Part shown: positions 40,802 to 53,810 of the stretch, one piece after another
How positions within the stretch are numbered: position 1 is the first letter of the stretch
How the letters are laid out: each line of letters opens with the position of its first letter
Source of the DNA: the human T2T-CHM13v2.0 reference genome, Homo sapiens
DNA length: 64,000 nt
Strand: one strand, 5' to 3'
Assembly: GCF_009914755.1 (NCBI RefSeq)
Contig: NC_060929.1
Position numbers and translations under genes: made by a program
Notes under the pieces: model-generated
What the model was told of the DNA's origin: nothing
Seen by the model: only the letters and a program-made list of their open reading frames with translations
The model's database searches: none

Positions 40802-43800
40802 TAGCTTAGATTTTGTATTGAGGGTTCTAGAGTCAGGCTTCTGGGTTTTCACCTTGGTTCTATCACTTACTGGCAATTTTCCCTTTTGTAAAAGGGATTT
40901 AAACAATAGTATCTACCTTGTAGGGATTTGGGGAGAGTTGAATGAATAATATCTTTGAAAGCACTTGGGGGCTAGCACAGAGTAAGCTTTCAACAAATCG
41001 TTGTCTATCATGATGTTGAAAATCCCTCAGAGTAGCCTTGACTCCACGTTCTCAGATGCTGTAGGTCCTTCTCAGTGTGTAGGCAGCACTTACCTTTTCC
41101 ACTTGAGTCCACACTGGCAGGAGGCTACAAGCTTCCAGAGAGTTGGGTTATGCGTGTTTCTGTTTGTAGTGTAATGGGAAACACTAATGGACAGTACTAG
41201 CCCTTAGTAAATGTTTAATAATTACTTGTTGAAGGAACGAATGAAGCTGTGAGCAGGCCAAGAACAACAATGTGGCAGGGTGGTGTGTTTCCTGTAGCTA
41301 AGTCAGTTTTGTTAGTTTATGACTACAAGAACCTTCATCATCCTGGAGATCTTGAGAGATCATAAATGAGTAGCAAAATATTGGGGAAATTATTATGTTT
41401 TTAAAAGCTTGTCACACAAAAAACTGCATGTGTTTAATGGCACACTTTGATAAACTCTGTTACCTGTATACATTCATGAAGCCACCACCACAATATTGGG
41501 AGAATTCTTAATGCCTGTCTCTAAAGTGTTTTATTTCTCTGTTGCTGATAAACCACTTCCACCTTTGCCTTGAATATGGCTCCCTGCCTCATAAGGAAGG
41601 TAATGGGAATCTGCTTTGTTCCTCTCCACCATATTCTTTTCTAGCTTGCATCTGCAGTTTTACATTCTTGCCACTGAAATTTTCAGTGTTTATAGTGTGT
41701 ATTTGTTGAGTGTCTGTCTCCAGTAGGTTGTAGGTTTGGGGAACGTAAGGACTATGTCAGTTTTGTTCAGTGTCTTATTCTCCATGCCTCCCACAGTCCC
41801 TGAAATAGGAGGTGCTCAATGAAGAGTTAAAGGATGAATGGGTGAGCCTATTGCCAGAATAAATATATGACACTGTTATAATATATGGCCCTGAGTTGGA
41901 AGCAAAGGAAACTTGACTTGTTCTTGGAGATTAAAAGTTATTCTTACCTTCAGCAAAGGAAAATGAAAGGGAAGAAAGGTCTCCTAGGATCTGAATTACT
42001 TTAACTTCGTTACTGATATGAGACCGAGTAGACCCTGGAAATGCAGGGAATCTAACATGGCTTAAGCCAGACCCAAAGATGAGGCATGTTGGGGTATTGT
42101 GAGACAGCTGTCATTCTGAGACCCAGCTGCTTTGTAGGAGGTTAAATGTTGATGTTGGGACTTTGTATTTTTGTTTCATTGCAAACTGTTTCTCTACTCT
42201 ACGCTCCCATGGAAGGGGCTTTAACTGGATGTGCTGTTCAAAGGACCCCCCAGTCCCTTTTGTTCTCCTTCAGCTTGTGGTATCCTTCCCTTGCCTCCAC
42301 ATCATATATGACAGTAAAGTGTTTAGAGTCAGCTCTGGGTCCCTCAGAGAAAAGTCTCTCTTAAGGCACTAGATAAAAGAAGAATCACAAAAATAATAAT
42401 TAAAAATGATACAACCTGGCAGCGGTGTGTGGTTTGCATTTTGGCAAGAGTGAAGTCACCGTTTTAGAACATAAATGCTCTCAGTGGTGGAGAAAGACTG
42501 GCAAAACAGCCTTTTAAAACCCCCATTACAGAAAGAAAGGGCAGGGGTGGGAAGACAGAGAGCATATTTGTGTTTGTGAAGCTGTTTTTCTACTAAATGT
42601 TTACAGAGGAGGTCGAATACCAGATGCATTTAGGGTTATTGTTTTTTTCAGATACTAGGAGGCTGCTGGTTGGTCTGAGATGAAATGAAGTGGAGGTTTT
42701 AGAGGTGCCACTTAAGGAGGCTCTCGTATCTTTTGCACTTTTGAGTTGTGCTTTGTGCACATTTCATCCCAGGTGCTTTGCTCCCTAGATATCCATCCAC
42801 CCTTCCATCTGCCCATCATTATTGACTGCCTGTTATGCACTAGGCCTATATCCATGCATCTCTCTGTCCAACCATCTGTGTGTCCATCTATCCTGCTGGC
42901 TGCCCGTTATGTACTAGACACTATTCCTTCCTTCTATCCATCCTCAGTGTCTTCATCTTCTGTCCATCCAGCATTATTGGTTGCCTATTATGTGTCAGGC
43001 ACTGTTCTCGGCCCTGGGTACCCTGAGTAGGAAATAATTTAGCTGGGAAGACAGGCTCATGAGCAAGATTGTTTTATTGTTTTCTGGTTTGGATGTGAGG
43101 CTACTAATGACTGACTTATATACTCTCACTTGTAATGCCATGAAGGCACAGCCTGTCTACTTTTTACTTACTGTTGTCTCTCCAGTGACTTATTACCAGG
43201 AATGTAGGTCCACAATACATAGATTTTTGAATGAATAACAATAAATGAGTGGTCTTTATGGCATAGTCTACTCCTTTAAGAGGTGTATAATCGCGGCTGT
43301 GAGAAGTCACACAGCAGACAGACCTCATTTCTGGACCAAGTAATGAAGAGTGAGGGACGTCTCTTTATGTTATTGTGTTCGCCATCTGTTTGCTCCTGTG
43401 GACAAAGCTGAAGTGAGCACTGGGCTGTGGGTGGTGTACGAGACTGACCTGGTCCCTGTCTTCTTGGAGCTGCCCATACTGAGCAAGTGTGAAAAGTGTT
43501 GGGAGAAACCCAGGAGCTGTGGGCACACAGTGGGGGCCAGCCTGGGCCATGTGCGTGAAGCCACACCTTGAAAGAGGTTCCTGGAGGGCCAGGTGGCAGT
43601 CGGTTGGTTGTGTTGGTCAGGGTGGGAGAGGCCTTTCGGGCCAAGGAGGATGTATGAGGGTGCTGATCTGAGGACACCTATCTTGGAAGATCGCTGTTTG
43701 GCCAGTGGGAGGGTGACTCTGAAGTGAGGCTGAACAGACCACCCACAGTGTTGAAAGAGCAAGGTTTCCTTTTTTCGTTGTGGCAGAACCCCTAGGTTTT

Positions 43801-43844
43801 GGTAACAATATGACTTTAAGGCCCAGGCTCCCTAAGGAGGGAGG

Positions 43845-44599
43845 TGTATTAGCCTCTTTAGGCTGACATCACAAATTACAGCCAGGCCTCTATATCTGTG
43901 GGTTCTGCATCCATGAGTTCAGTCAACTGCGGATGGAGAATATTTATTGCATCAGTACTGAACATGTACAGACTTTTTTTTCTTTTTTCTACTCTCAAGC
44001 AATACAGTATAACAACGATTTACATAGCATTTACATTGTATTAGGTATTGTAAGTAATCTAGAGATGATTTAAAGTATACAGAAGGATGTTTGTAGGTTA
44101 TATGCAAATACTATGCCATTTTATATCAGATACTTGAGCATCCATGGATTTTGTTATCTGTGGGGAGTCCTGGAACTAGTCCCCATGGATCCCGAGGGAC
44201 AACTGTACCATGAACTGGGTGGCATAAAACAACAGAAATGTGTTTTCTCACAGTTCTGGAGGCCAGAAATCTGAAATCAGAGTGTCAACAGGGCCATATT
44301 CTTTTGGAAGGCTCTAGGGAAGAATCATTCCTGGCCTCTTCCTGGCTTTCCTTGGTGTTCCTTGGCATGTAGCTGTGTCACTTCAGTTTCTCCCTCCATC
44401 TTCACAGGGCCTTCTTCCCTGGGTGTGTGTGTGTGTCCTCACTTCTTCTTACAAGGACACTAGTCATTGGATTTAGGACCCGTCCTAGTCCTATATGACC
44501 TCATTTTAACTAGTTACATCTACAAAGACCCCATTTCCAAATAAAGTCACATTCTGAGGTTCCGGGTAGACATCAATTTTGAGGGTACTATCCACTACA
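43845..44599 (-). mobile_element. MLT1C-like MaLR solo LTR interrupted by MER2
   Basis: TG...CA termini, 5-bp TSD ggagg at 43840-43844 and 44600-44604; LTR text rejoins seamlessly across the MER2. Confidence 0.9.
43879..44205. mobile_element. MER2 (TcMar-Tigger family) MITE
   Basis: CAG...CTG termini with TA duplication (43877-43878, 44206-44207); internal atttacatagcatttacattgtattaggtatt...gtaatctagagatgatttaaagtatac. Confidence 0.92.
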
Positions 44600-45164
44600 G
44601 GAGGGGATATTGAAGTGGGTGGACCTGTGCTAGGAGGCTTCCTCCAAGTCTTTTCATTCTTCAAGATTCCTGGGTTGATGGGCACAGTGAGGCTGCTTGG
44701 GGGAGGGTGGGCCAGCAGCTGCTAGGATTCCTGTCTCTGCTGAGGGCTCCTGGGTACAAGGTTCTTCTCAGGTGCCCAAGAGAAGCTGTGTGACTGAGAG
44801 AGGTGGCCCTGCTCATGCATGCCTCTGGCTCAGGGTCACCTCGTCCCTCCTGCAGCAAGGGAAGCATGTCAGGGTTTCTTTCTCACTGTCCTAGGAGCAC
44901 CTTGATATAGGAGGAAGTGTCTGTGAATAAATAGCTAAAATAATTAATGACCCTAGCAAACAATGGCTTAGGGTTTTTCCACGGTTCTTCTCTCCTCTGG
45001 GAACAGTTTCCTGCTGCTTTCTTGGAGGTGTGTTGCCAGGGACTTTCCGGGTCTTCGGGACATCACTTTCCTTTTCTTTCTTGTTTCTCTGCTTGCTCAG
45101 GTTTAGTGCTATTAGCTTCTTCCATTTCTCTGGTATTTAAATATTACCTGCAGTGTCTTTCTGT

Positions 45165-45290
45165 AACAGTGGTTTTTAAACTTATTGTGCATAGGAATCA
45201 TCCGGAGAGTTTATTTTAAAAAGGCATACTTTCAGATGTATTTTCCAGAATTTCTGATCCCATAAGTCTGGGGCAGTTGGATTCAGGTGA
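45165..45290. mobile_element. MER5-like fossil
   Basis: cagtggtttttaaactt...gcataggaatcatccggagag...ccagaatttctgat. Confidence 0.6.
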
Positions 45291-45324
45291 AATTCAAAAG
45301 CCAAATCAAGAAACACGTCTCCAA

Positions 45325-45370
45325 AGAGAGAGGGAGAGGGAGAGAGAAGGAATGAGAGAGAGAGAGAGAA

Positions 45371-45423
<53 letters not shown>

Positions 45424-45443
45424 GAGTGTGTGTGTGTGTGTGT
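45325..45443 (+). repeat. Compound microsatellite (GA)n-(TG)17-(AG)8-(TG)8
   Basis: Directly visible; longest pure run (TG)17 at 45373-45406. Confidence 0.95.
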
Positions 45444-45899
45444 TGCAGGCATGCTTTCCCTCAAGTGATATACCTGATGTATTAGAAGGGATGGTTTTTG
45501 TATTTACCTGATGTTAATTGGCACGGTTTGTCACTAGTTTATTTAAAATTCTGGCCTAGATACACTGTTTAGATACACACATGCAAATTCTTCTTTTATC
45601 ATTTGCCTAGTGGCAAAGTGGTTTTAAAATAATATCAGTGGTACCTTGAAAACATTATAGGCATCTTGTTGGCTAAGGAAGAAAGTGAGTGGGGAATGGA
45701 AATGGGTGTTTTATGGCTTCAAGACTAAGCCTAGGAAATGGTGTTCTGATTGTTTTGTGTGTCGTGAAGGAGTGAGTAATGGGATGGCTGTTTTGTCTAC
45801 ATTTCTGGGACTTAACATTCCCTTTTTAGAAAAAGGGGATTGCAGGGTTTATCATTCTTCTGACCGAACTCTTAAAAAAGGTTACATTCTTATTTGCTT

Positions 45900-46560
45900 G
45901 CTTATTTATTTATTTAGAAACATTATTGGGGGCTTCTGGCGTGCTAGAATTGTGATGACTATCCTTTTATGAACAAAACAGTCACGGCTACTGCCTGCCT
46001 GGGGTTTATAATGTCATCGGAGCTGTTCACATTAAACAGTCACCACACTCAAAGAGATTACCAATTGAAGGGATAAGAAAGGGAATTCTGGGGAGCTATG
46101 AGAGTGTACCCCTGGGGTGGATAGGGAATGCGAGGAGACTGCTTCCCTGAGGAAGTGACCCTTCATGGAGAATCTAATGGGCTAAGGGGCAGTAACTAGG
46201 TGGGGAGACAGGGGAGTGTTTCAGAAAGAGGGCACAGGACAAGTGCTAGGCTTTGTGGCCGGATGGATTGCGGCACCTTTGATTATCTGCAAGTTGGCCA
46301 GTGGGGCTGGGTATGGAGTGAGGGCAAGGCCAGTGGGGTGTGCAGACGAGGTAGATTTTGTAGACCTTGGTTGGATTTATTTTGAGTGGGGTGGGAAGAG
46401 TTATAATCAGGGAGGGTATGGAAGGGACCATCAACAAGATCAGGTCTGCCTTTTGAATAGGTTGTTCTGGGCAGCTGAGTGACAAATGGACTGGGAAGCA
46501 TCAGGAGGGAAGCGGGGAGGCCAATTAGGAGTCCAGGCCAGAGATGATGGTGGCATGGAC
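45900..46560 (-). mobile_element. L2 LINE fragment
   Basis: gcttccctgaggaagtgacc; gtccaggccagagatgatggtggcatggac. Confidence 0.7.
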
Positions 46561-46640
46561 CCAAGTCTTTCTCAGGGTACCAGTTGGAGGAGAGGAGAGC
46601 TAATTGAGGTTGTAAAGCAATCCCAGGGTATTCCCGTGCC

Positions 46641-47608
46641 CAGGACTGGGTACTTAATCTGTGGGGCTCCTTTTCAAAAAGCAGACATAAGTACTGTTAA
46701 AAGCATTAAAATAGAAAGCTGTTTTCTTTCTTTTCTGGTTTCTTTCCTGATGTGTGGTGGTATTTTTAATCTGCCCATGTTCTTCTAAAAAGGAAGAATT
46801 AAAATTTTAAATTATTAGTATGAACTCTTCTGTTCATCTTTATATTGTACAATGCCAATTTTCAATAAGATCATCTGACTTATATGCAGAATCACTAGAA
46901 TTATACAATCCATATTTCATAGCTCATATGCATTTATTTCATTCTTCCAAGAACAGTGGAAATGTTGCACAAAATCAGTTTTCATTTTTCTTCTTGATGC
47001 ATGCACATTTTCCCAGTGTGCTCCACCTTCAGCGTACGATGTGTGAGGAGGGCCTGAAAGGAAAGGAACTATGGGTTGCCCAGTCTGTCTCTGTCCTAGG
47101 TTACCATGATCAGTGTCAGTGGTTGGCTTATCCAGGGAAATAACATGAGGAAGAAGGCTATGATAGGGTTCCTGGGCCGTTCATGTTTCTTTGGATGCCA
47201 TTGTCTCATTGTCATCTTCTTGCATCTGGCAAGTTCTGGTTGAAATGGTAGGTGTAACCCCTCAGGGCTGTCAGCGTTCCCCCTTACTCAGTCGTAGATA
47301 TAAGACACTTACCTTGCACTTACTTTGAGTCTCACTGAGCTCCCACACATGGTGGGTCCACCAGAATTCTGTGCACTGGGGCCACAAGGAGCCCCAGTGC
47401 GCCCGCATGACATCCCGGTTGTTGTTCCTGTCTCCTCTGCGCACACATGCTCCACTGTCGCACTGGATCTCACTTGCAAAACACAAGTTCAAAGATAAAA
47501 TTATTAAAAATTTCAAGACAGCTACAGCAGAGCATTAAGCCAAGCAGGCCCTTCTGAGCATGGGACCCTGTGCATCTGTACTGGTTGAATGCCCATGAAG
47601 CCGCCCTG
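46641..47608 (-). mobile_element. MER45B-like hAT-Tip100 non-autonomous DNA transposon, near full length
   Basis: CAGG...CCTG termini with MER45 end motifs (aattattaaaaatttcaagacagctacagcagagcattaagccaagc...gcccatgaagccgccctg); degenerate 8-bp TSD cccgtgcc / cctatacc. Confidence 0.8.
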
Positions 47609-48189
47609 CCTATACCTTAGGCACTTGGAATTTTCAGCTGCCCTGTGAGCCTGTTTTCTGGATTCACTTGAGTCTGTATGTCAGGTTTAATATTTGCAGG
47701 CTCAGAGAAGATTAGCTGGGCAGAGCCTGTATTGGCAGCTCCAGCCTAGGACTGTAGTCCAAGAGTGCTTGGCTCTCCAGCTGCCTCTTCTGTGGGAAGC
47801 CTGGTTTCCGGATTGGTTTCTGGGCAGTCAGCACCAGGGCCATTCATCAGCTCCAGGTGCCATGAGCTGGGTTTCTACAAAACAAAGATGTGTTCCCAGT
47901 CAGTTGTGTAGGCTTCAGAATAAGGAGACATGATTGAGAACATGTTTTGAAGAAGACTCAGGCTTCAGAATTTGTGATTTTTAAATTGAATTAGGATGTT
48001 TCCTCCTCCCACCCCTGCTGTCACCTAGCTTTCTTCTACCACGAGCATTAATTGCCTGCTTTGGGAACATTTGTAAACCCACTGTCATGATTTAGAAGAT
48101 CCGGCTTGCTCTGTGGAGCTCCACCTTTGTCATCTGGAGGGGTTCCATTACTGGTACTTAGTATTAGATGTTCTGAAGGGTTAGGTGGT

Positions 48190-48342
48190 ATCAGCTCTCA
48201 AACTTCAGCATGGATAAGAACTGCCTGGGAAGCCCAGGCTCCTAGGCCTCAGCCCTAGAGATTTTGATTGAGGGTGGGCTCCCTGGAAGGGCTCTTGCAA
48301 CACCTATTGCAAGCGGTGTTCAGACACGTTTTGAGAAACACT
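48190..48342. mobile_element. MER5-like fossil
   Basis: ctctcaaacttcagcatg...cagacacgttttgagaaacact termini. Confidence 0.55.
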
Positions 48343-50377
48343 TATCTTTGGCCTCTCTCATTCTGTGGTGGTCTGCAGTGGCAAGGGGTACTCCTTGCTG
48401 GAGCATGAGTTCCTGCCTGGACTGGAATCCAGGCTGGAGAGGAGACGGTGCAGAGTGGGGAGGCGGGGAGCCTGGGGATTTCGTGGGCACCTATGAGGAG
48501 GGTAAGTGTTTGCCCACTCAGGCTTCCGTTCTTGGTCCCTGGAGCACAGCCTCCCCTGAGGTATAGCAGAAAAGTGACTAATTAAAGAGGGGATAAAAGA
48601 AAGTGAAACCAATTTCTGGGAATGTTATTAGGTGTGGCTTTGTTCAGAATGGCTAGGTCCGTTTTTTTTTTTTCTTTTTTCTTCCAGAAACATGAATTTC
48701 ATCCAGGGGGAGATGAGCGGATTTTTGTTTTTTAACTGAATTTATTCTGATGCTTAGGAGTTGCCACCTTGCTTCCTGTGGTATTAGTGGCAAGGAGTGT
48801 CTGAGCTGTGTCCAGGGATCAGGTGGATTCAGTTTTGATCCTAATTATGCTGTGTGGACTGACGGTGAGGAGGGCGAGAGGGAGTCAAAGTGGTAGGGGC
48901 CGGGTGGCTTCATTGTCCTTTCATTTTTACGCAGAAACAAATCAGCCTGGCATGTTATTTATTAAATATATATGTAAATGATTCTAATACCTATGGTTTA
49001 TTGAGTGTTTGCTGCCGGCCAGGCCCTGTGCTAAGCACTTCAGTGCATCATCTCTCTTCTCACAGGAGCCTCAGGAGGCAGGTTTCCCTTTAGTGCCTTT
49101 TCACACAGGTGGAAATTGAGTACCTTGTAAATGGGTGAGATGGGATTTTGAACGCTGGGAGTCTGTTAACCACAAATCTAAGCTTATTTGGCTGGATGAA
49201 GGCCTCGATTTACCCACCATACCTTGTTTTTCTCTTGATTGCCCTCAAATTCACGTTAGCTGTTGGTAGGAACAGTGCAGGGGTTTCTGATCCTTGTGTA
49301 TGGCTCCAGGTTCTGCCGTCTGTGACTTTCCGAATTCACAACTGTTGAATGCCAGTGAAACTCTGATTCTTTGGGCTTGGTTATGGGTTGGCTTGTTTGT
49401 TGTTCCTTTTTTTCTTTTTGTTCTTTGCTAGAGAAAGCTAGAAAGCTCAGGGATTACAGGGAGGTGACAGGCCTTGGCTTCTCTTTTCCTGCTTTTCAAG
49501 TGAGGTTCTTGCTTGCCCAAATTTGTTCAGGGCAAATGTGATTGCATGGACCCTGGAAGAGGCAGGCCTAAGGATGTGGAAAGACAGTAAGTTGTAGAAC
49601 TTATAGACGTTGAGTTTTCCATTCACAGTTCTAACTCCAGTCAGAAAACCTTGTAACAGAAAGATTTGCATCCTGTGATGACCTGTGGAGAAATTAATTT
49701 GGCTGGAAATGTATTATCAGCCCTAATTTGTTATTTTGAAGTTGTCCTCTTTTTCATTTAAAAGTTTTACAATTATTTTGGTAAATATTTCTGCAGACTT
49801 TTCTGAGGTAGCAGTATTTTCCTTTTGTAATATGTATGAAGAAAGGCATAGAACAAGGATAAAATGGCAGTCTTTTGATAACTCCCTGGTAGAAGTGGTG
49901 GTACTCAGATTTCTAACTGTTTAACCAAGTTCTGGGTTCTGTCTGGGTGCGTGGGCCCTGACTGTGTGAACCTGGAGAGGCAGAGCAGTCCTTCCCAATT
50001 TCCTCATCTGCTTGACTTCTCTGGCTCTTTGTCCTGAATTCCATTTATTGGCAAGGCCTTTCTTTTACTTATAAACCTCTTCCAAGAAGGTCTGGCTTTC
50101 ACTGTAAGTTTACGACGATAAATTTTCAGATGGTACACGTCACCCTCTTAATCTAATTGAGCCAGCACATCATTGTGAAGACATCATTTCATTTGGGGAG
50201 TATTAGTTGCTATGGTTATTTGCTGAGACTAACAGAGTCTGTGTTCTCTCAATTGGATTTTTGGAAACTGCTCTTTGAGAATGACATAGAGGTGTGCCTT
50301 GCTGTAGGAATATCCAGTATATAACCTCACCATTAAAAATAAAAGGCACAGAAAAGATACTTTGGGAGGGATCTTAG

Positions 50378-50717
<340 letters not shown>

Positions 50718-50989
50718 TCAAGTGAGTTCTTTTAAGGCCGAGTGTGTCACATAACTCTCCCTAGGTTCACATGTATAGTTGGTGGCTGCACAAGGAGACA
50801 CGCCATTTCTGGTTCTTTTTCTGGGTTCTTTTCTATTCTGTCTGCAACAGCTTAAGTTCTCTCAAGGAATTTATTCATTCATTCCTCCAATATATATTGA
50901 GGTCCTGTATGTTCCAGGCACGTGCTAGGAGAATAAAGAAGCTGTGATCTTCTCTGTCAGGGTCTTGAGTGGGAGTCCAAACCCTTGCC

Positions 50990-51135
50990 TTGGAGGGTGT
51001 GGTGCCTGGATCAGCACCATTGGCTTCACCTGGGAATTAGAAATGTAGACTCTCGGGCTCCCAGGCCTGCTGGATCACATGGGAATTTTGACAAGATCCC
51101 AGGTGATTGGGTGCACCTTAAAGCTTGAGTAGCTG
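50990..51135. mobile_element. MER5A MITE
   Basis: tcacctgggaattagaaatgtagactctcgggc...ttttgacaagatcccaggtgatt. Confidence 0.75.
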
Positions 51136-52064
51136 TCTCTGCTGCAGAGGAAAAGGCATTCCAGAAACAAAATCTAAGTCTTGAGGCTCAAGCCAGGATC
51201 AACCCTCCCAGCCCCACTGCCTCCTATCTGCGCACCTGCTTGGTGTTGAGCAGAACAGAACTGCTGAGGTGTTGAGAGAGAGGAATCCCTGCTCCACCTG
51301 CCCCTCCCCACCATTCTTAGACCTCTATCTCCCTCTATCTCCACCCACCAGCCCCTACCGGTTTTTCCAGCCCTAGTCTGACCCAGTGAGTGGGTCTGAC
51401 TTGTGTGGTCTCCTCTTAATTCACCACCCCCTCCCCTTTCTAGAAACGTGTCTACCTTAGGGGCCAAGCTCAAGTTCCACCTTCTGAGGAAGCCCAGTAC
51501 TTCAGGCCTGTGAACGCTGTCAGTCTCTTGTGTCTTAAATGTCGTCTTAACACACTCATTCTTTTATCTGTTTCATCTGGGGCTGGCCTGCCTCCCCAGG
51601 CAGTGGACAGAAAGGATTTGATGATAGCACTGTTTCCCCGGTGCATTTAAAAGGCACGACTTGAGCTTAATAAACTTCACAAAAAGAAACCCATACTGCT
51701 TTGAGTTCGTTTAGTTAAAAATTGGTTTAGTTAAAAAATGGTCCATCCGGGTTTTGCCTTGCCTTTCATCTGCCAGAGGTGAAAGGAAATTGTAAATTTG
51801 TAGAAGCATTAGGGGTTTTCTGAGCACTGAAGAAAACCCTTAGGAACTCAGGTGTGTTTTTAGTAGTTCACAAGAATGGGGTTGATCTGGTGACTCAATG
51901 AGGCAAAAATTGCTTAATTGTTATGGTAATTAAGATTCTCCTTTGGTTGATTCTCCTTTCTCCAACCTGCTGGTAAACTTCCACTCCACCTCTGCTGTGG
52001 GAAGGAAAGCAAGGCAGGGCCGGGGGCATCCCTGTCCTCTCTCTTCCAGAACATGTGTCTTTCC

Positions 52065-52205
52065 TATTTTGAATTCCCACAACAGCCCTGTGAGGTACAT
52101 ACTGTCCTCACAGTTACATACATGCTTGGAAAGGTTGGGTAATTTGCCAAAGGCCACACAGCTGGGAAGTGAGAGACCGGGATTTAAGCTGATGTTTGCG
52201 CAGCC
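52065..52205 (-). mobile_element. MIR SINE
   Basis: cacaacagccctgtgaggta...aatttgccaaaggccacacagctgggaagtg. Confidence 0.7.
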
Positions 52206-53589
52206 AATGCGCGTCATACGCCTCTGAATTACCTTCCCCTTGCCCCGTGTGTGTGTGATATTTGTACTTGAGCTGCCTGGAATTACCCTCTCTTTTTTGT
52301 TCCCTCACTTGATTAGTCCCTCTCAAAATGGGTTTCTTTGTTTTCATTAAGAAATGTCCACAGTCTTCCTTGAGGGAGTTTTTCCTGTGGTGACCTTCTG
52401 CTGTCTTATCATGTCTTGGGGCAGCATGTGAATGCAGTTGTTCTAAATACAGTACCTCAGTTCTCTGTGCCAGGGCTGAGCTGGGGCTGGGCTCTTTAGG
52501 GGTTGAGTTTTCATCGGAGATCCAATGCTGACTAACTCACTTGACACAGCGGTCATTGATCCAGTAAATGTTTATTAAGCACCTACTATGTGACTTGCAC
52601 TGTCATTAAGCCAGTCCTTAATTTCTTCATCTAGAAGAGGTCAGGTGCTTTCACTTAACTCTCAATGTTCTTATGAGGAAAAGCCAATACAGCACTTTGG
52701 AAATACATATGTATTTGTATACATTATTTGCATACAGTTATGTATAAGTCGTAGTGGGCCCAGAACTTGGAGTTTTCAACACGGAGAAGTTTTTTTTTTT
52801 TTTTTTTTTTTTGAATCCCTTATAACTCTTTCCTTATCTCCTGGCTGACCAATGGTCTGTGCACAAATGTCCAAGTTGAGAGGTGTTGCCTGTCATTTAG
52901 TTACCTACAGGGAGAATGCCCCTTGGCTGTGGTTGCACATTCTCATAGTGAAGCTTGCTGGAGGAGTTACAGTAGGTGTCTCCAACAAAGTTCTGGGCCA
53001 GCTCCTTAGTAAAAGGCTTAATTGTTGTTTAAGTTGATCTTGTTGCTCCTCTGTATAACAATCCAGTTCCCATTTCTTTAAGGGAGTAAGTTCAAATTCC
53101 TTAGCTTGGCATACAGGTCCTTCCATGGTTTGATTCTAACCGGTCTTCCCACTCTGACCTCCTGTCCATCTAGTTAAACTTGCTGCTTTTTCTGGGTAGG
53201 TTCTGCATTTCGCATCTCCTTGCTCCATGTTTCCACTTCTATAGCATCTTCCCATGACTGCTTCCGCTTCCCTTTTCTACATATCCAAATAGGACTGAAC
53301 TTTAAGGTTCAGCTCAAACGCTACTCCCTGTTCTTTTTCTTTTTTCTTTTTTTTTTTTTGGAAGCCCCCTCCAATGGCCCTAGCCGGAATAATATCCCAC
53401 TTGCATTTCTGTAGCCATTTTTGTCTACTCTCTGATTGCCCTAGCACAGTCTACCTTAATTTTGTAGTTTTGCACACACAGATTAGGCCCTTCTAAAAAT
53501 TGTATTCCCCTTAAGGCACGGAATGTATACATACCATCTTTTCATTTCTTTGAATACATTGATACCAGATTCTCAAATATTTGAGTAAA

Positions 53590-53810
53590 TGAGGCAATAT
53601 AGTGTAGTAGTTAAGAGTTTTGGAGTCAGAGAGACCAAGTTTCTTACATTACCACTCATTCCCTGCATGATCTTGGGCACGTTATTTAACCTCTCTGAGC
53701 CTCAGTTTCCCATCTGCAAAATGGAGGTAATAATATCTACTCAACAGAATGGTTGTGAGGATGGAGGGATTTAAAGTACTTGGTAGGTACAGTATTCAGT
53801 AAGTTAATGT
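53590..53810 (+). mobile_element. MIR SINE
   Basis: tttaacctctctgagcctcagtttcccatctgcaaaatggaggtaataatatctac. Confidence 0.85.

Noticed and set aside
51709-51740. 16-bp near-tandem repeat gtttagttaaaaa(t/a)tg
   Set aside because: Ordinary AT-rich slippage duplication with a mismatch; two copies only.
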